Assembly: GCA_963810935.1 (NCBI GenBank) | Contig: CAWEPK010000008.1 | Location: 384,001 to 448,000 of the forward strand | Length of the DNA: 64,000 bases | DNA from: an uncultured delta proteobacterium | Lineage (GTDB): Bacteria; Desulfobacterota; Syntrophorhabdia; Syntrophorhabdales; WCHB1-27 | Direction: 5' to 3' | In this document: one piece after another, positions 20,146 through 30,092 of the stretch | Layout: each line of letters opens with the position of its first letter | How positions within the stretch are numbered: position 1 is the stretch's first letter | The notes under the pieces: generated by a model | Database searches by the model: none | The model's input: the letters and a program-made list of their open reading frames with translations, nothing else | What the model was told of the DNA's origin: nothing | Program-made: the position numbers and the translations under genes

Positions 20146-21096
20146 TCATTTCTGCGTGTCCACCCTACGTGACGGTTCGCGCCGGGAAGCATCGCCGCTG
20201 ACGCGACACGCTTTTATAAGCTCTCTGAACCAGCGGTGTTCAGGGTCTGATTGGTAACGGGGATGCCAGGTGAGCGCAACACTGACGGGTGGCGTGGAAA
20301 GAGGTAGCTCCGATGACGATAGCCTAAAGTAGCCTTTCATTCGAGAAACAAAGACGTCAGGCGCGACAACAATGCACTCCATGTGAGATGCAACGACAAA
20401 TGCCTCCTGAAAGGTTGCAACGGTCCCCAGTACGGAACGTCTTCTTCCCATCTTCCTTAATTCCTCGTCGACGAGAACGAACGTCTTCCCCCTCCTGGAA
20501 ACAACAATATGCGGATAAGAGCAGAAAGCGTCGAGAGACATCCGCCCGGATTTGGGCCTAAGCTTTTTCATAAAAGCGGAGACGTAGCGAAAGGTGAAAA
20601 GCGTCTGGCTGATAAATTCCGGCCCAAGGTCTCCGGGCACTCCGATATCGCAATCGATCTTGCCATTCCTGAGCGACTCCTGGTCCTCGTCACCTTGGGC
20701 GAGGAAGACGAGTGCCGAAAAAGGGGCTTTTTGGGAAACAGCTTTCAGAAGGTTTTCCCCCATGAGGCTCCCGACATCGCCGCCTGTCCTTATCCGGAAA
20801 ACCCTTTTCATCGTTGCCGCATCGAAATCGACCTGTGGGGAGAGAATCGCGCGGCTCTCGTCAACGATCTTTTTGATGCGATCCTTCAAGTCGCGCCCGC
20901 GCTGGGTCAGGATTAAGTTCCTGCCGGAAGGAACCAAGACCTCGTCCTGAAGGGACCGGCGTATCTTGGCTAAAGAGCGGCTGATAGCCGAAGGCGTCAG
21001 ATTCAGTCTCTCCGCGGCGCGGGAAACACTCTCTTCCTTTAGGAGGATTTCCAGGACTTCGAGATGGCCCAAATCGAATCGTTGCATTATCATCAA
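20146..21096 (-). CDS. LysR-family transcriptional regulator
   Basis: SVSRAAERLNLTPSAISRSL HTH; C-terminal WHPR...DPEHRWFR. Confidence 0.92.
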   Translation of the reverse strand: MMIMQRFDLGHLEVLEILLKEESVSRAAERLNLTPSAISRSLAKIRRSLQDEVLVPSGRNLILTQRGRDLKDRIKKIVDESRAILSPQVDFDAATMKRVFRIRTGGDVGSLMGENLLKAVSQKAPFSALVFLAQGDEDQESLRNGKIDCDIGVPGDLGPEFISQTLFTFRYVSAFMKKLRPKSGRMSLDAFCSYPHIVVSRRGKTFVLVDEELRKMGRRRSVLGTVATFQEAFVVASHMECIVVAPDVFVSRMKGYFRLSSSELPLSTPPVSVALTWHPRYQSDPEHRWFRELIKACRVSGDASRREPSRRVDTQK

Positions 21097-21393
21097 TCCT
21101 TATTTACTATAATTGCAATTTTACCACAGATCGTAATAGGTTACACTACCAAAAGGCGGATCGCGTGAAATAGGGCCGGACGTTGAGTCCGGAAACTGCG
21201 CGTTCATTCACACCCTGTTTCTCGATATCCATCACGTCGGCGCTTGTCCTTACGAGGGCATCGCCCCGATCGAAGCACATGGCCCGACGCGGAGAGCGGT
21301 CACTGATGCGCGGAGGCCGGCCAAGCATAATACATAATGTCGGGGACAACCCATGCCAGGCTTACTAATGGTGAGACGATAGAAGGAGGAAAT

Positions 21394-22068
21394 ATGACGA
21401 ACCCCCACAAGGAAAATTGCACGTTACTGCTTCCCGCAGTGAAGGAAGTCCTCAACCGCCTGCATACATTAGCCGAGACCGGCGATGACAGGATCATTCA
21501 AGAGGTTCAAGAGAACAATCCTGACTGGAGGAACGCCGGCCCTGAAGAGCAAGCGAGGATGTTCCGCAGCATATTGATACCCGTTTCAAGGGAGAACGGA
21601 AGGTTCCTCTACAGCGTGGCCCGTTCTATCTCCGCGAAACGGATCGTCGAATTCGGCACGTCCTACGGCGTCTCCGCCATTTACCTTGCCGCAGCCCTGC
21701 GCGATAACGGCGGCGGATTGCTGGTCGGGACCGAGCTTGATGCCGGTAAGGTTGCCAAGGCTGCTCAACATGTTGCGGAAGCAGGGCTATCGCCGATGGT
21801 AGAGATCCGCGCCGGTGATGCTCTGCAGACGTTGAAGCATTTAAGCGGTAACATAGATCTGCTCTTCCTTGACGGGTGGAAAGGGCTGTACCTGGACGTG
21901 CTGCATCTCGTATCGGGCAGTCTGCATAAAGGTTCCCTAGTATTGGCCGACGATCTGGATATCGTCGAAGTCGCGCCATATCTGGACTATGTCCGTAATC
22001 CCGCGAACGGCTTCGTCTCGGTCATGCTCCCCCTTGACGAGGGCGTTGAGTATTCCGTGAAGCTTTAA
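21394..22068 (+). CDS. O-methyltransferase (COMT/MdmC-like)
   Basis: IVEFGTSYGVS, LFLDGWK, LADD; AAGGAGG SD. Confidence 0.88.
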   Translation: MTNPHKENCTLLLPAVKEVLNRLHTLAETGDDRIIQEVQENNPDWRNAGPEEQARMFRSILIPVSRENGRFLYSVARSISAKRIVEFGTSYGVSAIYLAAALRDNGGGLLVGTELDAGKVAKAAQHVAEAGLSPMVEIRAGDALQTLKHLSGNIDLLFLDGWKGLYLDVLHLVSGSLHKGSLVLADDLDIVEVAPYLDYVRNPANGFVSVMLPLDEGVEYSVKL

Positions 22069-22299
22069 AACAGGGAGGTAGAAGGGGATCGCATGTATAA
22101 CTCTTCCCGACTGCACGCGCCAAAATCCTGATTCGTTCACACGTTCCAAGGCCGGTACGGGCCCCGGAATCGACGCCCTTGATCCGCATCGGGCCGCGAC
22201 TCGTGTTTGCAAAAGTCAAAAACGAAGGACGCCGGACGAGGCGCGCAAGAGGCAAATATGACGTCTTAATATCCCGCTCTTGCCGCCGCCGCAGTTATC

Positions 22300-22380
22300 G
22301 GGACTCAGCGCCCCCTCCACCGGCAAAGCCGCGACCCTTCCCTCCTTACGTCGGGCGCGTGCCCCGGCCTTCCCCCTCAG
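22300..22380 (+). repeat. dispersed intergenic repeat, copy A
   Basis: 22309-22357 is identical over 49 bp to 54334-54382. Confidence 0.9.
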
Positions 22381-22585
22381 ACAGGTAAGGAATATGCTCT
22401 TTATTCCGTTAGCGGCGGCCGGCTGGGGCGGCCCTCGGCTCACGGTGAGCTAGAGTACGGGTATGAAAGACTCGATCTTAGGATGGAAGCGTGTTTTGGC
22501 GGGGGGGGGAGCGCCTGGACGAACACCCTGCCCCCCGCTACAACTTTCCGTTTGCCGCACGCCCCGACTCGGTTATACTATCAAT

Positions 22586-22909
22586 ATGGCCGGTACACGC
22601 GCGGATGAGACTGTCGGGATCGATTATCCCATCGACGGGTTTCTCGACCTGCACACGTTCAACCCGCGCGAGGTGAAAACCCTTATTGCCGATTATCTTG
22701 AGGCATGCCGCGAGCGGGGGATACTCCACGTGAGGATCGTCCACGGCAAGGGTACCGGGCAGTTGAGGGCTACCGTGCACGCGGTCTTACGCCGCCTGCC
22801 GGGAGTCGAGTGGTTCCGGCTCGCAGGCCCGGAGGCGGGCGCATACGGCGCAACAGAAGTAGGGCTTTCAGCCAAAAACCTTGTACGACAGGAGGACCAG
22901 GCTCCATGA
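22586..22909 (+). CDS. small stand-alone Smr/MutS2 C-terminal domain protein
   Basis: LDLHTF, RIVHGKGTG, GAT.V; ATG 6 nt after TATACT. Confidence 0.88.
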   Translation: MAGTRADETVGIDYPIDGFLDLHTFNPREVKTLIADYLEACRERGILHVRIVHGKGTGQLRATVHAVLRRLPGVEWFRLAGPEAGAYGATEVGLSAKNLVRQEDQAP

Positions 22910-23370
22910 AGATCTATTTCGCTCACCCGGCATTTACCGATCCACAAAAAGAATTCAAAGCGCGGTTTCTCGAATCCTTCCGCTTCGCGGTCGAGAAGAA
23001 ACACCTGGAGAAAGGAGCGCCCACACCCGAAGTCATCGACCCCTTCGAGTTTGCGCCCGACGTGGAAAGCGCAGGGGAACATAAGACGCGTTATTCCAAG
23101 GCCATTGCGTCCGTCTGCTGCCGCCTGATGGAGGATTGTTTCATTATAATAGCCGCAGCCGACGACGTCGATACGGGCGTCGCTTTCGAGCTGGGCTTCG
23201 GTTACGCGACGGACATACCGGCCATCCTTATATCGGAGACGGGGGCGGCCGACGAGGTCAACGCCATGCTCGGGGGCACGGCACAGGCCTCTATCACCAA
23301 CGTGCTTCACGGCGACCGAATGGCCGCGCTGGTCGATCTCGTTTACGGCTTTTGGGCGACACGGCCTTGA
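22906..23370 (+). CDS. nucleoside 2-deoxyribosyltransferase-like protein
   Basis: MKIYFAHP, DTGVAFELGFGYA, NAML; ATGA overlap with the Smr gene. Confidence 0.75.
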   Translation: MKIYFAHPAFTDPQKEFKARFLESFRFAVEKKHLEKGAPTPEVIDPFEFAPDVESAGEHKTRYSKAIASVCCRLMEDCFIIIAAADDVDTGVAFELGFGYATDIPAILISETGAADEVNAMLGGTAQASITNVLHGDRMAALVDLVYGFWATRP

Positions 23371-23415
23371 ACGCGCAGTCGCACGCCGGCGGACGTACTA
23401 TTTAAAACGCATTTT

Positions 23416-25419
23416 CTAAAGCGAATGACGCCAGCTCGAGATGAGTGAGGATAGCCGCACCAGGACGGCCGGCGGCTCAAGCTCTTCGGGGATGAGGAAC
23501 ATCTTGTGTTCCCTGGCCCATTGGCCGACGCTGCCCCTGGACGACAAACAGGACAGGGGGATCGAGAGCACCAAACCCGCAATGACGGGCAGGAAGAGGA
23601 ATAGGAGCATGCCCGATATGTTGTAGGCGATAACGGCAAGGGCGATGCCGATAATGCAATGGACCCACAGCCCCTGCACCGCTTCCCGCAGGCTTATGCC
23701 CTTGTCGTCGCGCTGCTGGCTGCTCCAGCCGATGTCCCTTTCCAGAAGCGTGCTGATGATGAAGCCGCTCTGGAAAAGCATCATCGTAGGCGCGAGGAGC
23801 GCAGAAAAGACCGTCTCAAGCCCAATCCCCAGCAGGACGCGTCGGATGCCTCCGAACTCCGTGGCCCTCTCACGGTAGCGCAGCAGCAGGCCCATGCTAA
23901 GCAGCCTGGGGCCGACGAGCATGGCGACCATAGCGAGCAGTAGGACTACCTGGAAGGCGTTCGGCCCCTCGGTCTGCATCGCGAGGGAAGTCGTCAGCGT
24001 CCTGATGTGTAGGTACTGGACCGCGCATACGAGGCTGCTGAGCAGGAAAGCGAGCCACAGCAGTGACGAGACGTAGGACATGACGCCGATCGCGAGGTGC
24101 AGCCTCGAAAGCGTGTGCAGGCCCCGCGCGGGGAGGATACGCACGTGCTGGAGGTTGCCCTGGCACCACCGCCAGTCACGCTTGGCGTAGTCCAGGATGG
24201 TCGGCGGGGCCTCTTCATAGCTGCCGCTCAGCTCGGGCAACAAGAGTACGGACCAGCCGCCCCTGCGCATAAGCGCCGCCTCAACAAAATCGTGGCTCCT
24301 GATATAGCCGCCGAGCGGCGGCCTGCCCGGCAGCTTGGGGAGACCGCAGTTTTTCATGAACGCCGAGACGCGGATTATCGCGTTGTGTCCCCAGTAATTG
24401 CCCTCGCCCATCTGCCAGAAGGAAAGCCCGCCGAAAATGATCGGCCCGTAAAGCCTGGCGGCGAACTGCTGGATCCGGGCAAAGAGCGTGCCCCGGTTCA
24501 CGGTGTATGAAGGCACCTGTATGATGCCGACGCGCTCGTTCAGCTCCATCAGGCGCGCAAGCGTTACAATCGTTGCGCCCGTCATGACGCTGTCCGCGTC
24601 GAGGATGACCATCGAGTCGTAACAATACCCCCACCGCTGGCAAAAATCGGATATGTTGCCCGCCTTCTTGCCTGTGTTCTTCCTGCGCCTCCTGTAGAAG
24701 ATGCGCGGGTTGCCGCCGACTGTCTGGCAGAGCTTCTTCCAGCCCGCCTCTTCCTTCATCCAGGTAGCGGGCTTGGTCGAATCGCTCAGAATGAAGAAAT
24801 CGAATGACCCCGAAAAGCCCGTCTGGGCGATCGATTCGTAAATGGCCTGAAGGCCCGCGTATACCCTGGCCGGGTCTTCATTATGTACCGGCATTAATAT
24901 CGCTACGCGGCCTGCGATGGGGCCGCCTTCTGTCCGGGTTTCCGGCCATTTGATCCCATCCGTTTTCCATCCGAACCACAGCTTGAAAAAACCGGCAACG
25001 GCGTTCCAGAAAAGCATCGATATCCAGGCAAAGTTGATAATGAACAGGGCTGCGGCCACCCTTTCTATCCAGGCGGCATGCGAGCCGCTCAGGCGGCCGG
25101 CCACCCCTCCGGCGCCGGCTACCGCCGACAAGAGGACGGCTGCAAGCACCAACCCTCTGCGTGACCTGGGGAATAGCGACATGCGGCCGCGTTGCGGCAG
25201 GCCGCGAAAGAAATGAACGACGTCGTCGAAGTTCGCCATCTCAATCGGTTGCGCGGCCATGGTAGAACTGGCTGCATCGGTATCGATGGCGGGCGGCACG
25301 GGCTCGCGCTCGCCGGACTCTCCCTCTATGTGGATAACGTCTCCCATGGTGGGCTCCAAAGCGCTGTTAACGGCTACCCGCTGCTCCTTCTGGGAGAAGC
25401 AGCCAAGCGGTGCAGTCAT
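23416..25419 (-). CDS. opgH: glucans biosynthesis glucosyltransferase H
   Basis: MPVHNED, ILSDS, KAGNI.DF, LDADS, NYWGHNAIIR, SHDFVEAA, RWCQGNLQH; true start may be downstream. Confidence 0.93.
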   Translation of the reverse strand: MTAPLGCFSQKEQRVAVNSALEPTMGDVIHIEGESGEREPVPPAIDTDAASSTMAAQPIEMANFDDVVHFFRGLPQRGRMSLFPRSRRGLVLAAVLLSAVAGAGGVAGRLSGSHAAWIERVAAALFIINFAWISMLFWNAVAGFFKLWFGWKTDGIKWPETRTEGGPIAGRVAILMPVHNEDPARVYAGLQAIYESIAQTGFSGSFDFFILSDSTKPATWMKEEAGWKKLCQTVGGNPRIFYRRRRKNTGKKAGNISDFCQRWGYCYDSMVILDADSVMTGATIVTLARLMELNERVGIIQVPSYTVNRGTLFARIQQFAARLYGPIIFGGLSFWQMGEGNYWGHNAIIRVSAFMKNCGLPKLPGRPPLGGYIRSHDFVEAALMRRGGWSVLLLPELSGSYEEAPPTILDYAKRDWRWCQGNLQHVRILPARGLHTLSRLHLAIGVMSYVSSLLWLAFLLSSLVCAVQYLHIRTLTTSLAMQTEGPNAFQVVLLLAMVAMLVGPRLLSMGLLLRYRERATEFGGIRRVLLGIGLETVFSALLAPTMMLFQSGFIISTLLERDIGWSSQQRDDKGISLREAVQGLWVHCIIGIALAVIAYNISGMLLFLFLPVIAGLVLSIPLSCLSSRGSVGQWAREHKMFLIPEELEPPAVLVRLSSLISSWRHSL

Positions 25420-25555
25420 ATCACGATGTTAATTTGAATATGGGGCCGCGACCGCCGTTTTTCAAGTGGCGGTGCGCCCCGAAGGATGTGCGGATAAGGG
25501 ATTTCGGGCGGGAGGCAAGCTCGCCCCCGGCCCGCTTCATTCTTTGCGTCAGGCG

Positions 25556-26119
25556 CTACTTCATGCGTGCTTCGGCCGCCTGCCAGTTCACGTTCTTGAA
25601 AAAGGCGTCGATATAGCCGGCCTTCTTCGTGCCGTAATCGATCATAAAGGCGTGCTCGAAGACGTCCATAATGAGTATCAGTTTACAGCTCGAAGGATGG
25701 CCCTGGTCGTGCTCGTTTATCCAGAAATTGATGAGCTTGCCGTTCGTGATGTCCTGATAGAGGGCCGCCCAGCCGATGCCTCTCATGCCGCCGACGGCGC
25801 GGAAGTCTTTTTCCCACGCTTCCAGGCTGCCGAAGTCCTCGGCCAGTTTCTTGGCAAGCTTGCCGTCCTTCACAACGCCCTTCCCGCCGAGGTTCTCGAA
25901 GTAGTACTCGTGCAGGCGCATGCCGTTGAATTCCCATCCCAGTCTGCGATGAAGCTCGCCGAAATCGGGCGCCGACAGGTCCTTGAGCTGGCCGAATGCG
26001 TCGAGGAGCTTGTTCGTGTTCGTCACATAACCCTGGTAAAGGGTGAAATGGTTGTTTAGTAATGTATCGCTGAAACCCTCCATGCCTATCAACTTGGTGT
26101 AGTCCTTCGCGCTGTACAT
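25556..26119 (-). CDS. Fe/Mn superoxide dismutase family protein
   Basis: H..LYQGYV, NGMRLHEYYF, DVFEHAF; GGAGG SD. Confidence 0.9.
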   Translation of the reverse strand: MYSAKDYTKLIGMEGFSDTLLNNHFTLYQGYVTNTNKLLDAFGQLKDLSAPDFGELHRRLGWEFNGMRLHEYYFENLGGKGVVKDGKLAKKLAEDFGSLEAWEKDFRAVGGMRGIGWAALYQDITNGKLINFWINEHDQGHPSSCKLILIMDVFEHAFMIDYGTKKAGYIDAFFKNVNWQAAEARMK

Positions 26120-26292
26120 GCCCTGCCTCCTTTTTCTGTATCGGTCTACGGGCGCACAAGCCCCATGATCCGGATTTAAAGAAATATAATGCACCCGAGG
26201 GCCGTTCGCCAGAAAAGCTCAAGTGGCCGTGACCTTTTTCTTAAGAACGAGCGAGCCACAGGCACCGGCAGAGAGACCGCTAGCGCAATGAT

Positions 26293-26344
26293 TGGGGCTC
26301 AGCGCCCCCTCCACGAGCAAAGCCCGTGGAGCCTCCCCCCTCAG
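26293..26344 (+). repeat. dispersed intergenic repeat, internally shortened copy C
   Basis: GGGGCTCAGCGCCCCCTCCACgaGCAAAGCC...GCCTCCCCCCTCAG matches both ends of copies A and B. Confidence 0.7.
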
Positions 26345-27590
26345 CGCGGCGCATACGCTTGCTTTATTTCCGCAGTCTTAGTCCTCTTCTTGAGCACAAG
26401 TGAGCCTCCCGCACCGGCGAGAGAACCGCTAGCGACAGGAGGAAGGCATATGTGAACGTGCCCGTCGCGTCCTTGATATAGCCCCCGATCAACGGTCCAA
26501 GCGCCTGTCCTATGCCGAAGAAGAGTGTGATGAAGCCTAGCCCGGCAGGCGCCAGCCTCCCGCCCACGGCGTCGCCTGCTGCCGCAGCCATGATGGTCGG
26601 TATCGAAAAGGCCGCGATCCCGAACACTGCCGCCGAAAGGTAATAACCCGAGTAATCCTTCCATAAGACGAAAACGAGGTAGGCAAGGGCCAGGGTGAGA
26701 TAGGCGAGCATGGAGCCGTACCTCCTGCCCAGCAGGTCCGAAAGCCATCCGTATATAATCCCGCAAAAAATGCTGAAAATGCCCAGCACCCCGAATATCC
26801 GCCCCGCCGTCGTGGCAGGCACCTGCATCTCCTTGGTAAGGTAGGCGACAAAGAAGGTAAGGTAGATAATATAGGAGAAGCCGTACATGAAATAGACCCC
26901 GGCCAGCTTCCATATCTCCGGCTCGACAACAATGTCCCTGAAAGCGGAAAAAAGCGTGACCCTAGGTCCCTGCGGCGCTGCCTGCCTCCCTTCCCCGCCG
27001 CACAGCCCCAGGCCTTTTTCTTTGGGGTTGTCACGGAGGAAGGCAAAACAGACGAAGGCGAGCACAAAGACGATAGCGCCAAGGACGAACCAGGCATATC
27101 GCCACCCGTGGAGCCCAAATGCCGAGATGATGGGGGGCAGCATCATCCCCGAAATGAACAGGCCGCTTCCGATGCCCGCAGAGACGATCCCCGTTGCGAG
27201 CCCCCTTCTCTTCATGATGAACCAGGCGGCGGGCAGCGCCATAATAGGCACGTAGCTGCCTCCGTTTCCCGCGCCTGTCACGAGCCTCATGAAGAACGCG
27301 AAAACAAAGGAATTTGACAGCCCCGTCAGGAACAGGCTGACGCCGATGACGACGAGTGAGATAAAGACGACCTTACGCACTCCGAAGCGGGCGGCCAGGA
27401 AGCCGCCGATAATGGCAAGGCACAGGTAGCCGATGAAGTTACCCGTCGCGATTGAGCCCAATTGGGTATAGTTGAGGCCAAGCCCGTCCTTCATGGAAGG
27501 CAGGATAACGGAATATGACATCCTGCCGAACCCGTGGGCGAGGACGGTTACGAGGAAACCCATAGCCGCTATAATCCAGGCGTAATGCAT
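26341..27590 (-). CDS. MFS transporter (YbfB/YjiJ-like), apparent frameshift in the last TM helix (~26425)
   Basis: About 12 TM; GFLAARFG.R, GWLSDLLGRR. Adding one T restores AVSLAGAGGSLVLKKR. Confidence 0.85.
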
Positions 27591-27677
27591 TATCGACCCC
27601 CCTTTTCCCACATTGTAGAAAGACGGGGGCGCAGGTGTCAACAACTTAAAGGCTGGTTTAGTGTATTTTTATACGAC

Positions 27678-28559
27678 CTATGCGGGGTCGTCCTTCGTTT
27701 TTACCGACGGTATACGCGACTCGCACGGCACCTTCGTCTGGCACAGGCCGCAGCCGTATGCCTCCAGGCCATATGCCTCCCTGGCGTGGGCCGCCTGGAC
27801 GGTTTCGAGGTATTCCTTGCACTTCGGCTTGTCGTGCCCCTTCTCCGAGATTGCGCCGGCCGGGCAGCGGGTAATGCATTTGCCGCACTGGCCCTGGGAA
27901 AAGAAGAGGCAGTACGCATGGTAATCGTCATAAGGCCGTTGCGTGGGCGGTATAGTGAGGCGCGCCACTACCGACCCGCAGCGCATAGCCTTACCCACCG
28001 GGGTAATCAGCCCGTCGCAGAGGCCGAACGTGCCGAGGCCCGATACAAAGGCCGCATGCCTCTCCGACCAGCATGACGCCATGCCAAACTTTTCCGACAT
28101 TTTCATGGACCACGCCGGGGAATTCTGCGGCGCCACCGCCTGGTAGCCGGCCTCCGTCAGCTTTGCAGCAACGTGCGTTCGGAGCTTCCCGTTGAACTCC
28201 TCCCCGAACCTCCTGGCCCGGTACCAGCGCTCGGATGCGTAAACCTTCTCCTTCCTCGTATCCGCCTTCGTCGCCCGTGTCATCGGCAGCACCCAGGAGA
28301 TGACGGTAAGCTGATCTGCGGTGATCCAGAGATCGGGGTAAGTCTGGCTGAATGCCTCAAGGGGGGACCAGAGAAACGGCCCGATTGTCTCTTTGAGCTT
28401 TGTATACAAAGGGTCGGCCCCGCTCGAAAAACCGACTAACGGCATATCGAAGGCAGGCTCGTTCTCCTTATTGCGAAGGCTGTTCTCCGGAGATTTCGCA
28501 AAGTCCCTGACGGATTCTTCTATCCATGCTGACAGGCTGAACCGGTCTTTTGTCGGCAT
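27678..28559 (-). CDS. epoxyqueuosine reductase-like / RdhA-like 4Fe-4S protein
   Basis: WSERHAAF..GLGTFG, CGKCITRCP, GCGLCQTKVPC. Confidence 0.75.
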   Translation of the reverse strand: MPTKDRFSLSAWIEESVRDFAKSPENSLRNKENEPAFDMPLVGFSSGADPLYTKLKETIGPFLWSPLEAFSQTYPDLWITADQLTVISWVLPMTRATKADTRKEKVYASERWYRARRFGEEFNGKLRTHVAAKLTEAGYQAVAPQNSPAWSMKMSEKFGMASCWSERHAAFVSGLGTFGLCDGLITPVGKAMRCGSVVARLTIPPTQRPYDDYHAYCLFFSQGQCGKCITRCPAGAISEKGHDKPKCKEYLETVQAAHAREAYGLEAYGCGLCQTKVPCESRIPSVKTKDDPA

Positions 28560-28826
28560 AACCAGGACTCCTTGGTCCATTCCAGGGCTTCAGCGAAACC
28601 TGAATAAGCTTGAGGCCAGTCTATATTATAGCAGAACCATACCCCATCAGCCAACGATTTTTGCATACGATGCGGGCAAACGACGGTTTTCTGACGGCCT
28701 GCGTCATCTTCCTGATCGCCCCTTCCTTTCCGGGAGCCCCGGGGGCCGGGTTCCCTGCGGGCGGTATGTCCCGATTGTGCTGCCATTGGCCGCTAAAACG
28801 ATGCCCCCGGTCGCACCCGCCCTCTC

Positions 28827-28842
28827 TGGCACACTCATTGCA
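28827..28842 (+). promoter_or_regulatory. sigma54 (-24/-12) promoter
   Basis: TGGCAC-ACTCA-TTGCA, an exact match to TGGCAC-N5-TTGCW, 37 nt before GTG 28880. Confidence 0.7.
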
Positions 28843-28879
28843 AATCCCCATTCATAATGGAGAACCTGGAGAAGACCGA

Positions 28880-29554
28880 GTGATAACGATTACCGGATTT
28901 TCCCCGTTTGGCGATTCTGACCAGACGGCAATCGACCGGCCGCCGGTGACCGCCTCCGACAGCATGAGCGCCTTTGTCAACCTTCTGGCAAAGTGCGTGG
29001 CCCGGATAAGCGAGCAGCCGCACCCGAAGCAGGGCGCCCAGGCCCCGCAAAGCGGCCGCAACACCGCTACAGGCATCGACACCCTATCGGCCGGGGGGAC
29101 CGGCACTATGCAAGCCGCGCTCCGCTTTGTCCTCGACCACGAGGGCAGCGGCTATGTTGCAGCCGACGGGAACGAGTCGTCCAGGTACGGCATACGCCAG
29201 TCGACTGCCGAGCGCTTCGGCTATCAGGGGAGCGTGAAAGACATGTCGCGGACGCAGGCAGAAGCCATCTACACGAAATTATGGGCCGAATCAGGCGCGC
29301 AGGCACTGCCGCCCCGGCTAGCCATCGTCCATTTTGACACGTATATGAACAGCCCCGCCGCTGCACGGAAGATACTCCGTACCTCAGGGGGCGACACGGA
29401 CACATACCTCCGCATGCGCTCCGAGCGGTACTCGCGCCTCGGCAGGATGAGGCCGGAGCGGTATGCGCGATATATGAAAGGCTGGATGAACAGGGTCCAC
29501 GATCTGCAGGCCATGGCGGCCACAGGTCCGCCCGCTACAAAAGCACCCATTTAA
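28880..29554 (+). CDS. glycoside hydrolase family 108-like muramidase with N-terminal extension
   Basis: LRFVLDHEGSGYV...SRYGI, A.AIY..LW, HFDTYMNS, C-terminal KGWMNRV; GGAGA SD. Confidence 0.7.
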   Translation: MITITGFSPFGDSDQTAIDRPPVTASDSMSAFVNLLAKCVARISEQPHPKQGAQAPQSGRNTATGIDTLSAGGTGTMQAALRFVLDHEGSGYVAADGNESSRYGIRQSTAERFGYQGSVKDMSRTQAEAIYTKLWAESGAQALPPRLAIVHFDTYMNSPAAARKILRTSGGDTDTYLRMRSERYSRLGRMRPERYARYMKGWMNRVHDLQAMAATGPPATKAPI

Positions 29555-29598
29555 CGTAGCTCAAAACACCACGTCCCCCTCCCCTATTCCCCCTCCTC

Positions 29599-29632
29599 GC
29601 TGAAAGGCGGACATAAAACCCCGCCTTTCAGC
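29599..29632. terminator. 12-bp hairpin after the GH108 gene (terminator-like, weak U-tail)
   Basis: GCTGAAAGGCGG-N10-CCGCCTTTCAGC. Confidence 0.5.
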
Positions 29633-29729
29633 AACTCTATCCTCCCGGCGCAAGCGGCCGTAAAGGACTCGCATTTCTGTTGCAACGCTGTCGGAGCGGC
29701 CTTACATTAGAAAAAAAGAGGAGGTTGCT

Positions 29730-29936
29730 ATGGAAAAACAGTTACGCGCAGGCAAGGCCCTCGTTACTTTCCTCCTGGGCGGCGCGATGGGAGCCGGGGC
29801 GGCGGTCCTCATGTCGAAGGTCTGCAAAACGAGAAACACAGCCGGACAGAACGGGGCGGGGACAGGGCCCGGGCGGCCGGCGACGCCATACTGCGACGTG
29901 CCTGAAGGCGCGGACATCTGCTTTCCCGAGCGGTAA
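29730..29936 (+). CDS. small membrane protein (YtxH-like anchor) with C-terminal Cys pair
   Basis: TTGCAA-N17-TACATT promoter, GAGGAGG SD, FLLGGAMGAGAAVLM, YCDVPEGADIC. Confidence 0.7.
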   Translation: MEKQLRAGKALVTFLLGGAMGAGAAVLMSKVCKTRNTAGQNGAGTGPGRPATPYCDVPEGADICFPER

Positions 29937-30092
29937 GGACCTAAGCACCCCCCGATCCTTCTGAAGAACCCGCAGGGTGCGCACCGCGCGATTGCGGCGT
30001 GAGCGCCCCCCTGTCACTCCAAGCTCCGTTGAAACACCGGTGCGTGAGGCTCTTAGGTTGAACGGCCGGTGCGGACATGATAACTTATCTGT

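Larger units (their letters stand above)
20092..22280. mobile_element. transposase-free cassette bounded by terminal inverted repeats, carrying LysR + O-methyltransferase
   Basis: GGGATATTAAGACGT (20097-20111) is the exact reverse complement of ACGTCTTAATATCCC (22261-22275), 18/20 when extended outward. The interior is visibly more AT-rich. Confidence 0.65.

Noticed and set aside
22300..22380. CRISPR repeat or tRNA
   Set aside because: Copies are kilobases apart with no spacers, there are no cas genes, and there is no cloverleaf or T-loop motif.
28880..29936. Prophage lysis cassette (GH108 plus small TM protein)
   Set aside because: No other phage genes; the two genes have separate promoters and a hairpin between them.
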